From Mytilus trossulus (Eukaryota): a DNA stretch of 64,000 nt. Below are positions 1 through 13,630 of the stretch, piece after piece. The notes beneath the pieces are model-generated. The model was not told the DNA's origin, searched no databases, and saw only the letters and a program-made list of their open reading frames with translations. The position numbers and the translations under genes were made by a program. How positions within the stretch are numbered: the stretch's first letter is position 1; each line of letters opens with the position of its first letter. The stretch lies in assembly GCF_036588685.1 (NCBI RefSeq), contig NC_086376.1, positions 44,702,001 to 44,766,000 of the forward strand, in the 5' to 3' direction.

Positions 1-232
1 CATCATCTTCAACAATGTCGAAATGAAAATCACTTCCACTGGTTATTAGTTGAAGCGTTTTACAGTCGTATTTCCCGAAATATTTTTTCACTTCGACGTC
101 CATTTCATGATCGGCGGAAACATACTCATGCCATTCACACGCGGTTAGGGTTCTTCTGTACTCTGGCAAAGAGCTAAGAGCGAGCGTAATTACGGACAGT
201 AAGACGAAACCAATACCAACGAACAGGAATAA
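1..232 (-). CDS. Kv-A voltage-gated K+ channel, exon 2 (S1 and start of S1-S2 loop; truncated by window edge)
   Basis: Reverse strand reads ttttcag|LFLFVGIGFVLLSVITLALSSLPEYRRTLTACEWHEY...KYDC, collinear with Kv-B exon 2; phase 0 matches the exon 1 donor at 2972. Confidence 0.88.
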
Positions 233-539
233 CTGAAAAGAATAAATCAAGGCATGAAAAATATGTTTGCTCAATATTTGCTAGATGATCTAAATGGTGT
301 ACGCTTTTGTTTTATATAACATCGGCAAATCGCAATACTAGTATCATTCATACGAGTTATTTTTTCGGCCAAGATATTCAAATTTCATTTACTCATTAGG
401 TAGATACAAAGAGGACAAACAAAAAAAATCATAGGTTATCGCGTCATCCTTGGGGAACATACATGTAATATAAGAAGTATGTGAGTCGTCAAAACTCCTG
501 TCTTAAAGTTTGTATCATATCCACCCCCTTTTCCTGTGT

Positions 540-1215
540 GCATTCAATAACAAACACGTTTTGCAGGATCTCAATGTTTACATCTTCAAGTCTAAACCTC
601 CTAATTGCACGAGGGTCCGAAATATCGTGAACCTAAATCTATAAATTGGAAATAAAACTTATCGTTTTTGTGCGTAAAACTCATTACATTAACTGCTTTA
701 TAAAGGAAAAAGGTATTGGTAATTCACTTGGAAACTCAATATATACCCTCTCGAGACTTACCAAAGAGGAAATCCTGGATAATCATTGGTCTGTTCTATG
801 TTTTATTGGAATTTGAACCAAAAATGAAGAACTGGGTCTTCCATCACTGTATTGGATACCTAAACTACATAAATGTCCTTACAAACAACGACATATTGCT
901 GGATCTTCCAAGTGTTCCATGAAACCTCTTTCTAAATTATTAACATCCATCTATCAGCAATCAAAGCCGGACTTCAAATTTTTTGTGAAACTGTCTATTT
1001 TAGAATTGGCGTGAATCAGTTATGATACTTAATAATTCCAAAGATATTTTAGAATGCATACAATGTAACTGTCTTTCATCTTGCAATAGTATTAAAACAT
1101 TTTCTACACTTTACACCAGTTTTCAACATTCCAAACTTAAAGATAAATTGAAAGAGTTGGTATTGCTTTGTTTCATAAAAAAAAAATGACCAACGTAAAT
1201 ACAAGTATCTTGTTT
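540..1215 (+). mobile_element. Degenerate Penelope-like retroelement reverse transcriptase fragment (in Kv-A intron)
   Basis: Frameshifted translation gives LTKEEILDNH, LPSLYWIPKLHKCPYKQR, IAGSSKCS.KPLSKLLTSI and LKDKLKELV, typical of Penelope-like RT. Confidence 0.7.
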
Positions 1216-2269
1216 TGCAATCTTTTACGGCTGATTAGTCGTGAGTTTTCTATGAAGTCTTTTCGTCTCATTCGGAGTTCACTTATGATTTGTTTATGGT
1301 CATTTTAGGGTCGGCAGCCTCCTTCGAGGCCGAATAATAATATTTTAAAAAACACTTCCTTGCGAAATGTGTTATCGAAAAATCATTAGCAAATATTTGA
1401 ATAAAATAGATTGAATATTCAAATTGATGTTTGTATAGAAGTTTTAATCCATTTTGGGTTTTTTTTAATTCTTTTCCCTCTTTCTCCATTATTTCTGTAT
1501 TCAAAAAACGCTCATTGAAACCTTTCATAAGCAAATGTTTAAATTTAAAAAAAAAAAAATAATTATAAAAATTGAAATTTTGAATAGAATTTTTCATCCA
1601 TTTAAACTTTTTTAATTTCTTTTTTCCATATTTCTGTATTAAGATGGATTTGTGTTATAAACTCTTAATGATATACATTTCCCTAGCAATTATTTAAATA
1701 AAAAGCCTAAATATTACAATTGATTCTTGTATGCGAAAATGCGAGTTTTTACATATCCAATTTTATGATATAAGCAGAGGAATGAGGGTAAGGCTACCAT
1801 TACCGCTTACCTGAAATAAAATCTAAATCCTGACCTACTTCTCCGAAATTTTTTCCCCTCACTATAAAGTAGCGTTTATTGGAGTGAAATTATGTATAAT
1901 GAATGTGACGAGTTGTGTCGAATTGTATTAAGAAAGGTGTTAGCAAATTGAGAATTTATAAACAATACTTATGATTAAAGATCATTTATAGATTTGAAGA
2001 AATCTTTCTTTGAAGTGCGTCAAATATTCTTGAAATCGAAGAATTTTAAAAACATGAAGACTAAATACTGTAACTTAAAAATAATAATAGCTTAAGGGCA
2101 AACGTGTCATGTTTCAAAATCCAACGAAAAGACTGTTTTTCGTGTCTTGACTTTAATACTTTTGAAAAACTAGTAAACATAAGAATAAGAATAATAAATC
2201 GCTTCCGTACCAAATTATGTTGCTACCTCGTTCAATTTCATCTCATTGTTATTCAATTTAGCTGCTTTC

Positions 2270-2993
2270 CCCTCTTACTTTTACCTTTGTAACCATGTCC
2301 TAATCTTTCTTAACTTTGCTAACTATGTTCTTTCCTTTCGTTTCTTAGCTTTGTTAACCATGTCCTTTCCTTTCGTTTCTTACCTTTGCTAGCCATGACT
2401 TTATCTTCCTTTTCGGTATAAGCTTTGCTAGCCATTTCCTTTCATTTCGTTTCTTACCTTTGTTAACCATGTCCTTTCCTTTCGTTTCTTACTTTTGCTA
2501 GCCATGTCTTTTCCTCTCTTACCTTTGCTAACCATGACTTTATCTTCCTTTTCGGTATAAGCTTTGCTAGCCATTTCCTTTTATTTCGTTTCTTACCTTT
2601 GTTAACCATGTCCTTTCCTTTCGTTTCTTACTTTTGCTAGCCATTTCCTTTCCTTTCCTACCTTTGCTAACCATGTTCTTTCCTTTCGTTTCTCACCTTT
2701 GCTAGCCATTTCCTTTCGTTTCTTACCTTTGCTAGCTATGACCTTTCGTTTCTCACCTTTGCTAGCCATGTCCTTTTCTTTCTTACCTTTGCTAGCCTTG
2801 TCCTTTTCTTTCTTACCTTTGCTAGCCATTTCCTTTCCTTGCCTACCTTTGCTAGCCATGTCCTTTCCTTTCTTACCTTTGCTAGCCATGTCCTTTCCTT
2901 TCTTACCTTTGCTAACCATGTTCTTTCCTTTCTTACCTTTGCTAACCATGTTCTTTCCATTCGTTTCTTACCTTTGCTAACCATGTTCTTTCC
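2270..2993 (-). repeat. ~30-bp minisatellite made from the Kv-A exon 1/intron junction (about 23 units)
   Basis: Unit GAAAGGAAAGRACATGGYTAGCAAAG|GTAA; 139-bp higher-order duplication (2393 vs 2532); the ORF-track ORFs here are repeat translations. Confidence 0.95.
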
Positions 2994-3424
2994 TTATAAT
3001 CAATAATCCTCCAGATACGAGTTTTACCACTGCATGGTTTTGAAGTACCTTTGTCGCTTTGTATAATACTGTTCTTGAACTCTGTTTTAGTTTTGTAACC
3101 TTCTAAAAACTGCATGTAATTCATTAAACAGCATTGTTCCATAAGTTCATGATCTATTTCCCAGTACTCTAATTCCTCTTTGAAAACATTTGGACAAACG
3201 TTTGGAGGCAAGTGTAATTTTCCGGTCTGATAAAACACTAGAATTGATTCAAAACACATGGGTGGTCTATTAAAATGAAGTTCTTCTTGCTTTGTGCTTT
3301 GAGATGCACTTACTAGTTTTCCTAAACGTGAGCTAGGATGAGTAAGAAGGGATTTTCGAGTAACTTCGTATTTAGTCCCAGATATGTTCAAAAGAATTCT
3401 GCTCGAGTTTGTAAAGGGTTCCAT
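2972..3424 (-). CDS. Kv-A exon 1, T1/BTB tetramerisation domain (Shaw/Shab-like)
   Basis: MEPF...LNISGTKYE...FYQTGKLHLPPNVCPNVFKEELEYWEID...CC with HX5CX20CC motif; 151 codons ending WLAK|GTAAG. Confidence 0.9.
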
Positions 3425-4029
3425 CTTCAGTATACTTGGAATGATTACCCTATATCCAATAATATGTAATACCAACCTTACAAAATTATAGAGATGCCAG
3501 AACTGAAACATTTAATAGCATAATCGAATGAAGTATTGATAATTAGGGAAATGAAAGAAAATTGTAAACACTCATTAAAACAATAATAAACCAATTACTT
3601 TCTCAATGGGAATGCACTATCAATGTTTTTCCTTTTATTCTTGTCAATGTATGAACTTGTTCGTTCAGCATGTCTGGTATTTGATGATTAATTCCATCTT
3701 AGTCTAAGCTTGGTAGACTTTAATTATGTGGTTTGTATTGAAATTGATGTTTTTTCGAAAGATATATTAATGTCATCTCCAGTACTTGAAACCTTTTATA
3801 AACGCATTTGATATCACCTAGGATGTTAGTTCATATCAATAAAATTAATTAACAGAAATCATTCAAAAATTTATCCCATAACAAATACTTGATAAGAAAA
3901 AGGTTCGGATCCTAATTCAAATGTAGAAACATTCAGAAATATAAAAATGTAGTAAATACCAAACCGCAAAATAAAAAATATACAGAAGTACGACAATGAA
4001 AGAACAAATTGTGAACTATATCAAATTGG

Positions 4030-4220
4030 AAGTTAACTTATGAAGCAACATTTGAGCAGCATATGCATATGGAGTATATATCTCCCTGTTGATACGATAT
4101 TTCAGGGCTTTTATTTCCTTCTATGATTTCATTGATAGAGAATTGCTGCTCACCAGGAAACTTTTCAACCAAGAGTTCAAAGTGGAGAAGTTGAAATCAT
4201 CCCATCGAAAATTTACCGTT
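4030..4220 (+). mobile_element. Penelope-like RT C-terminal remnant
   Basis: AYGVYIS.LIRYFRA...DFIDRELLLTRKLFNQEF..KLKSS motif. Confidence 0.6.
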
Positions 4221-6449
4221 ATGGAAAAAAATAAAATCCGAAAAATACTGAACTCTGAGGAAAATTCAAAACGGATATTTCCTAATCAAATGGCAAATTC
4301 AAATGATAAAACACATCAATCGAATGGACAAAAACTTTCATATTCCTGACTTGGTACAGGTTTCTTCTTAAGTAGTGAATGAGGGAATACATCTGGATTC
4401 AAAGCAAGCTTTACCTTTCACTTGTATGACATTCAAGTAAAATTCCATTATACTCACAACAACATGTCAAACAAACAGATATAAAAGGTTAACATGTCAA
4501 AAATCAGGTACGCAGTCAAATGTGTGAAATTTCTTAATCACTATAAAAAAAACTTTGTCATCAAAGAGGAATAAAACGACCTGTCGACACTCAAAAGACA
4601 AGGCAAATGAGCAAAAATGAAAGACAGGAATACAAAATATGATATTACCTGGAAAAGGGACTAAAGATGGAAAATATACAAAAAAAGACAAATTAAAAGA
4701 TGATAAACACCGTCAGTAACTATAATCTAAACTTCAAGACCATCATGTATTATTTGTTAAGTTTTCTCCGAAAATGGTGACATTTTATAAAGTTTGAGTA
4801 ACAGCTGCAGGCTCTTGAATACATAAGAAGTTGGGAAATGTTTATCCCATAATCAGGTAAATTTATTATATTACTGATTAGGCGGAGGGAATTTATAATT
4901 TCAAAATTTTAATCGTCTCGTTTGTCATAGATTCTGGTACTGAAATGACCGATTATGTCTAATTCGAGGTATGAGTATAAGATCGAGGCAGAGAAAGCCT
5001 TGTATTTCATTTTCTAGAGGATACATTAATGGAACCCAATCAGAAAGTTTTTAATTGTTCATGGAAAGAACATCATCAATATATCAGAATATTAAATTAA
5101 ATTACCAGACTTCTTTGATTGTATGAGTGTCTGATGGAACTCCGACTATAACTTAGAACCCAGCTCGAGGCGAACACGCCACAACGAGACCACCAAGCCG
5201 GCACTTTTAGATACAGGTTTTGTGGTGAATGTGAACTTGAAACTAAAGAACCTAGCTAGCAAGGTGTCTTCAAACAAGGTAACTATGAATTTTGCTACAT
5301 ACGAACACAAAATCAAGACGTCAGGCAGTGGTGCACAATTAATACTCGATAGAATACTAATTACCAACTCCCTACTTAAATAGTTATTGATTCGACTCAT
5401 CAAATTTGTTATCGATAAAAAGGTCATGCATCTTGATAATACAATCATTGTACCGGTCGATAGCTTTTGTGTGGCTCTCCACAAAGCAAGAAGTTTGATT
5501 ATCCAAACCATGGAATTTGTATCTTCGTTTACCATTTTCTTTATTTTAAAAAGCTCTGTTCACCGATCTATCAATTGAGCAAGGGGAATACTGCAACATT
5601 GCAAAGATTATGACGAGAGATTTTCGATATACGTCTGTAGAACTTTAAAGAATCCATACGTGGATCTGATTGCCAGTGCTGATTGAATGTACTAATCACA
5701 CTTAGTACCTTTAATGGCAATCTTTTAAAAGAAATAAAAATGATCAATAGGCAAAAGAAGTATACCACTGTCGAAAAGTCATAAATCAATTGAGAGAAAA
5801 TAAATCCAGGTTGCAACTAAAACCGAGGAAAACAAATCAACTGTAAGAGAAAAGTAACGAAACAGAAGAAAAACTGAAGTGCAACAAACAAATAAAAAAC
5901 GACAATGCAACACGCACAGAAACGAACTATCAGATAACAACTGCTATTTTCCTGACTTGGTACAGGACATTTTAAGACAAAATGGTGGGTTGAACCTGGT
6001 TTTGTGGCTAGCCAAAACTCTTTTATTGTAATGCTAAATATACCATTAAAACGACAACTTTACCTGACAGGAATACAGTACAAATAAATGCAAGAACATT
6101 CTGGACAGAGAAATACCAAGAAAAAAAACACTACAATAGTAGATTTTGACATGCTTACCACAGAAAAATAACGAACACGTAAAACACCCCACGACATAAC
6201 ACAACAGAACCACTAACTGTCCGTCACATGACTCGAAAAACAAAATTGTGGAGAAAGAAAAATATAACAGCTGAAACATTGAAATTTAAGAAGAAACCTG
6301 CAGCAATTATTTCTATAAACAATTTGTGCCACTTTATATAGTCAGCCTATAAAACAACAGGAACAATGTGTATATGCAAGACATACTTGAAGAGAAATAA
6401 AAATCAGTTCAATCTACACCAAAAGTAATAAACATATAAATTTCCTATA

Positions 6450-6720
6450 ATTGCGACCATATCAATAAATATTCATGTCAACACAGAAGTGCTGACTACT
6501 GGGCTGGTGATACCCTTGGGGAACAAAAATTTCACCAGCAGTGGTATCGACCCAGTAGTTGTAAATAAACTTATCATAGATACCAGGATTGAAATTTTAT
6601 GTTTACGCCAGACGCGCGTTTTGTCTACAAAGGACTCAACAGTTAAGTTCGATTAAAAAAAAAGTTAAAAAGGCCAAATAAAGTATGAAGTTGGAGAGCA
6701 GCGAGGATACAAAAGTTCTT
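6450..6720 (-). mobile_element. Degenerate retrozyme family A copy (hammerhead core mutated)
   Basis: Homologous to 15722-16192; core reads CUGUUGA...AAAA. Confidence 0.7.
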
Positions 6721-7284
6721 ACAGGTTTTTAGACTGACAGAATTTAATTCGATGAAGACAAAGTCATTTAAATAGAAGTGTTGTATATTTAACAATTATG
6801 TAGCACAATTGAATCCGGCTTGAGACTATTTGTTCTAGTTTTGCAAAACAAACAAAAAAAGTGCCTCACTATGTTTGGATAATTTGTCTAAAAAAAACAA
6901 TAGATTATCAATCGATAAATGTATTATAATCAAACCAAACAGTTTTTGCGTGATCACTAGTATATTTTCTCACTGAATAGTTGCTTTTCTACACACACAC
7001 ACACACAAACAAACGTTAAACATAGATACAACGTTCTTGTTTTAGGTCAAGAGAAATATAACTTTGTGCCACGAACATAACCGATTCAGCAAATACAAAC
7101 TAACACGACACCATAAAAATGTTGAACTCCTTGGTCGACAACATATTTGTTTAATATGATAGAACTATATTCCAACTCGTTCAAATTTTGTACTCCTACT
7201 CATATTACATACAAGGAATTCATACTAAACTCTCTGAAATACAAATGGAAAAAGTGTTTTGCCAGTTCCGTAATATCACTTATA

Positions 7285-9669
7285 CACGGCTGGTAATCTA
7301 CACACGCAGAACATTTGGTTCTGCAATGAAAACCGTGAGAGGATCGTCCGGTTGTGCTTGAGTGGAGTTATTATAACCGCTTCAAAAGGTATGGACATTT
7401 CTAAATCGTAATTTTCTTATTCAACCGATCAAAATATTGAAAATCGGAGAATGCTTTGCTGTGGTGAATACTTGGACAAAGCGATACATCATTTATGGTT
7501 GTACGTGGAGATGACCTCCTACAAAATTAGTTGCCCCACGAGAAATTGCTTAAAAAAGTGAAATTTAATTTTGAAATGGTTATATTAACAGACCTACAAG
7601 TTCAAATTTAGGTTTTTTTTCGGTCGATTGGTATATATGTCGTTTTGGGCGTCGTGTATACTGTCCGGTGTTCATAGACGTCTTAAAAAATCTAAAAACT
7701 ACATGTTTTCATTATTTTATGCGTGAGGGGATTGGTTCTGATTGAGGACATCGTGAATGCGTGAGGGGACGTGAAATCATATCTTTTTATCCTGCAATTG
7801 GATGTTCTTCTATACAGATACATTTGTACATCCCTACAGATATCGCTATGCTGTATCAGTATAATATACAGATATCGCTTTAAGGGTCCGCCCACTGCCG
7901 GACGAAGTATTGTATGAACATGCGTGACCTCAGAATGTGTATTTCAGATGCATTCCAATAACGTACTGATTGCGAATTTACGATTCTTTTATACGTTCTG
8001 TACTGTTTGTTTTTAAACATTTCTTTAGAGCAATAAGAGTCACACCAATTTTCTGATAACATACACACATTAAAAGCAGTCTTTTCTACGATGACAACTA
8101 TCCATTTCAAAACTTGAATGTGTATGAAACAAAAACAACCATGTCGATTTCAGCATGAATGTTTAGTGAATGTCGAGTCTGAAGCGTAGGACAACTCGTA
8201 CACTCATCTTGCAAATTGGACAATGTTTTGTTATTTGTTTTATCTGTTGGAATTAGTTGTTATGTAAAAATAGATAATTATTCACCTTGAGCAATGTATT
8301 TTTGTTGACCATTCGGGTTTCTTCAGCTGAATATGTGATTACTGTATCGTAAATGTGTTTTTGTGTCTTTCAAAACACAAATAATATACAGAATTAATTG
8401 CAGGATAAAGACAATAACAGTTACTGTTTAGTGTCTTTAAACATCAGCAGTATTTGTACTCGGCTCGAAACAAGTGTAGTAGCTCGCTTAAAGCTCGCAT
8501 ACATCTTGTTTCCTAGCCTCGTACAAATACAGCTGATATTTAAAGACAGTTATTTTCTATATATCCTAACTATGAGTTGTTGAAAATTGCCTAAATTGTG
8601 GTTAGATTGTTCATGAAAAAAACAGATTTGTGTGCAGCAAAAATTATGAGATCGAATTTCAAATGAAATATTTGGCGTATGACGTTTTCATTTTTCAATT
8701 GCGTCGATCTTTTCTTTATATACATAAACAGTCTAACCAATAAATTGTGAATCTGTCTCAAAATTTGTAGATTTGGGCAAATAAGTAAACCGATTAGTTT
8801 CCCAAATCTGCACCCAAAAGACTTGGTGGTTTATTGTATAAATCAAAATATTTTAACAAACAACAGTTGTGTTTTCACAATCATTTTTTTTCTTCAAATA
8901 AACAATAAAGGGGAGAAAACTATTTTCGTAAAAAATATATATTGGGCTGATAGGGAAAATTAAAATTTTTACTTGAATCAAGAAAGCAAAAAAGTTTACA
9001 CATCTTTTTTATTCTTCTTCGTAAAAGATATAATATTAAACCTATCTTCCCAAAATTAATTTCAAGCTTCTACAGTATCTCATATTTTACCTATGCACTC
9101 AAATGTGTTCATGAACAATCTCAACAAATTTTGGCAACTTTCAACAACTCATAGCTTGGAAATAAATATACGATTTCACGTCCCCTGACACATTCACGAT
9201 GTCCTCAATCAGAACCGATCCCCTCACGCATAAAATAATGAAAACATGTTGTTTTTAGATTTATAAAGACGTCTATCAACACCGGACAGCATACACGACG
9301 CCCAAAAAGACATATATACCAATCGACCGAAAAAAACCTACATTTGAACTTGTTGGTCTGTTAATATAACCATTTCAAAATTTAAATGTCACTTTTTTAA
9401 GCAATTTCTCGTGGGGCAACTAATTTTGTAGGAGTTCATCTCCACGTACAACCATAAATGATACATGTATCGCTTCGTTCAAGTCTTCACCACAGCATAG
9501 CATTCTCCGATTTTCAATATTTTGATCGGTTGAATAAGAAAACTACGATTTAGAAATGTACATACCTTTTGAAGCGGTGATAATAACTCCACTCAAGCAC
9601 AACTGGACGATGCTCTCACGGTTTTCATTGCAGAACCAAATGTTCTGCGTGTGTAGATTACCAGCCATG
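7285..9669. mobile_element. Non-autonomous DNA transposon with ~490-bp TIRs, CAC terminus, 5-bp TSD TTATA
   Basis: 7285-~7775 is the reverse complement of ~9174-9669 with few mismatches; TTATA on both flanks; no transposase ORF. Confidence 0.9.
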
Positions 9670-11277
9670 TTATAGATATATTCATTAACATATCACTCGA
9701 TGAGATTGATTATGTAATAAATGTTTGGATAATTCTTTTAAAATATTATTTTTTCAATAAAAACGAAAGTCGTATTCTATTTGTCACATTTGTTTTAACG
9801 AAAGTAAGACAAGTGAGACGGGTGAGAATATTCGAGGGTCACACCATGTTCTTTAATGTGAAATGGCAAATGGTAAACGAACAGTCTCGCTTCAACACAG
9901 AATGATAACAACTTTTAAACTGACTGAAATTTGTATATTTCTGTAGGAGAGTGTTTTAAAGAACTGTTTATTTGTATCCGCATAAGATATTGACTTAAGT
10001 AAAATCTATAATTTGGTTTTGTGTCAGATCAGATAACCCTGGTGGTATCTTAAAGGGACTCTATACCATGATCGCTATTCTACTAGCATGTTCATCGTGT
10101 CTTATGTTGCCTTTAAAAGAAGATCTTAACTAAAAGATGAGTATAAAAAAAAGAATGAATTTAAATACCTATATGTTTTGAGAAGGAAAAAAATAAATAA
10201 TCCACATCAATGATTTGTGTAAAATGTAGCACACCTACTCAATCTAATCAAATTTTAAACAATCTATGCTACTTCAAGATATTTTATGAACGTATACATT
10301 TATCTTCATGCGGAATGACGCTCAAAAACCAAAACAACAAAACAAATGAAAGCAAAGGGTGGATAAAACATCAAGAGCTTAATGGCAAGAATGGACATGC
10401 AAGGATAGCTTACACTCTAAGGTCAACATTTCCAGATGCCGTTCGACTTTCCTTATATTTTCTCTGTAAAAATAAGCACCTATACATCTTATAGTTTTAC
10501 AGTTTCATCACATTGATAAATTTAAAAGTGTTATTCGAAAATAACTCCATTGACTGCATATTTTTGGCAAAAGTTCAGTTACCTGAAAAAGTCAAAGTTA
10601 GTATGCGCAAAACAGCAGAAACTCAATAACTTTATTCATTGATTTCTTTAAGTTCTTAAGTTTTCATCAAATACGAATGAAAATAAGAAGTGAACAGATC
10701 AGTTCTATTTTTTTTATTAAAGGAATTATGAGAATTTGAATACTGCAGGAGCTATACGACTAAAAGATACATAAAAGATTATCCAAATTATGCAGACGTC
10801 AACTTTCCTAGAGAGAAATGAAACCTTTTTTTTTCTAAATGATTTTAAATTTCTAAATTTTCAAATTAGAATGGAAGAAGAATGTGTACTATCATACCAG
10901 TACCGAGACATTGATTGACAATTAGTTGATAAAACTCCTCGGGAACCAACAGTGTAATATGATGAATTTAACTCAAAATCACAAATTATGTTTAATTCAT
11001 CGTCATTTGGTCCAATCAATTAGTGATCGTATTTGATCATTCTGTTAAGGTCTAAGGTAACAGGAAAGATTACTCTATTAAAAATGTAATAAGATTTTCA
11101 TACAACCATAAGTCGAAATATTTATGATATTTATAACTGTTTCACAAATACAGTAGAGGCTAAATATTGTAATGTTGAACCATTTTGCTTTGGGTCAATT
11201 ACGCGTATTTTGATTTTGCCAAATAGAATTCAATGTCCAAATAAACTCATCATAGATACCAGGACTAAATTTAGTAT

Positions 11278-11321
11278 ACGCCATACGCGTGTTTCGTCTA
11301 CAAGAGACTCATCAGTGACGC
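11278..11321 (-). ncRNA. Minimal type I hammerhead ribozyme (family A, GUA cleavage triplet)
   Basis: GCGUCA CUGAUGA GUCU-CUUGU-AGAC GAAA C-ACGC-G UA/ UGGCGU. Confidence 0.75.
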
Positions 11322-12579
11322 TCGAATCCAAAAGAGTTAAAAAGGCCAAATAAAGTACGAAGTTGATTAAGTATATAAATCAATTAATAATTTTAACACC
11401 CGAAATGGATCAAAAAAGTAAAAGTGAAACATCAGAGTCATTATGGTTATATTTTGGAAAAATTAATCTAAAATAATACATTAAGTGCAATAATTTGACT
11501 TTAGAACATTATAGTAGAGCAATTGGATTTACATTTTGTTAATTAACAAAATGTAAAACGATTTTTTTATTTGACACCTGAAATAGAAAAAAAACAATAC
11601 ACTATATATAGCTAGAGACAAAATATGATATATTCATGAATTGGCCTAACAAAATGTACATCATTGGCAAAAGTTTGACATTCAACTGATGATAGATCTT
11701 TTCGAATTACATTTTATTAATTAAAATAACAACAGTCATCTTCCTTAAAAAAAAACAGCAGAGCACATCACAAACTACTTTCCGTATCAAAAAATTTGAC
11801 AGATTTTCCATAACTTAAAGAAGAACTTGTTGTTAAAATATCTACACATCAAACAGGAATTTTATCTTAACCGCACATTATTATTTTGATCAAGATATTC
11901 TTTTCCCGCTAATATGGCAATATTCAAAATATTTTTAAAATGACAAAACTACGTGACAAATACAGTACACGCAAAACCAAGAATAATTAGCACAGAGAAA
12001 CGCAGATATAATAATATAATAGTACATTTCAACATGTAAACTGCAAAATAACATCAGACAATTTCCTTCAAAAAACAGCCGAGCACACCACAAACAGTGA
12101 CGTAATTTTTCTGACGAATAAATTATATTAAAATTCATACTATTATATAAGATCCAAAACATTTACAACTTTTTTTACAATACTGGTCCAAATAATTATC
12201 ATGGCTATGACGGTCTTGAAATACTATATTAAATTAATGGACTAACCCAATCCAATGGTGGAAATAAGGACAGAGTTGATATTTAGATGTACTTGTGCTT
12301 GACAGCTGGAAACATTCAGTCTGTCACAAATCAATTCGGAAAAACATTTTGACGTGGTGTTCTGTCCTCTCAAACATTTATAGTAATGTGTTTCCAGTTA
12401 TCAATGTCTAAACCTTTTTTCATAGTAATTGTCCAATACCTCGCAAATATTAAAATTAAAAGCATATTTTATCTTTGATAAAGGTAAAGTGTCGTCTATG
12501 ATTATTGGTAAAACATTCTTCTTCTACTTTTTGTCAGAAGAAGAAACATTTATTTGAATATATGTTTAAAATACCAATG

Positions 12580-13630
12580 GAAAATTGAGAATGGAAATGG
12601 GGAATGTGTCAAAGTGACAACAACCCGACCGTAGAAAAAAAAACAAGAGCAGAAGGTCACCAACAGGTCTTTAATGTAGCGAGAAATTTCCGCACCCGGA
12701 GGCGTCCTTCAGCTGGCCCCTAAACAAACATATACTAGTTCAGTGATAATGAACGCCATACTAAATTAGAATAATACAAGACTAACAAAGGCCAGATGAT
12801 CCTGACTTGGGACAGGCGCAAAATGCGGCGGGGTTAAACATGTATACCTCTAGCCAATGTAGAAAGGTAAACGCATAACATTGTTGCCAAAACCTGCTAT
12901 AACATTTTAACAAGGAGAAACAGTATTTTATATCATTAACTATTTGAAGTATTATATAAAATGAAATTTAAAAAAGAAGATTTGGTATGATTGCCAATGA
13001 GACAACTATCCACAAAAGACCATAATGACACAAAAATTAACAACTATAGGTCACCGTACGGCCTTAAACAATGAGCAAGGCCCATACCGCATAGTCAGCT
13101 ATAAAAGGTCCCGATAAGACAATGTAAAACAATTAAACGAGAAAACTAACGGCCTTATTTATGTAAAAAAATGAACGAAAAACAAATATGTAACACATAA
13201 ACAAACGACAACAACAGAATTACAGGCTCCTGACTTGGGACAGGCACATACATCAATAATGTGGCGGGGTAAAACATGTTGGCGGGATCCCAACCCTCCC
13301 CTAACCTGGGACAGTGGTATAACAGTACAACATTAGAAACGAACTATAAAAAAATCAGTTGAAAAAGGCTTAACTCATCAGATAGACAAAAAATAAAAGT
13401 GGACGTGGCCGGGACCTTAAACATCCCGACACAAAAGGACACAATGAACAGATCTGAGAGTACTCGCAGTTATCTGACAGCTAGTCCAAAGCCACTAACA
13501 ACTAATGAAAAAATCATGCCTCTTAGACTAAACACTCAATCCGTACACATCCAACATACAATGGATTTAGTGTAAAGACGTCATAAACGGCCAGAAAAAA
13601 ACATTACCTTGTGCAATGCCAAGTTACAGA
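12580..13630. repeat. Two adjacent interspersed repeats (SINE/MITE-like) with other copies in the window
   Basis: 12580-12880 matches the reverse complement of 41510-41845 and 47610-47720; 12965-13400 matches the reverse complement of ~53450-53890. Confidence 0.75.

Noticed and set aside
2602-2984. Three repetitive ORFs (Lys-rich and Leu/Phe-rich)
   Set aside because: Translations of the 30-bp intronic minisatellite in different frames; no independent gene evidence
5146-5578. Relatively GC-rich stretch open on both strands
   Set aside because: No recognisable domain or consistent splice structure; probably a decayed TE fragment
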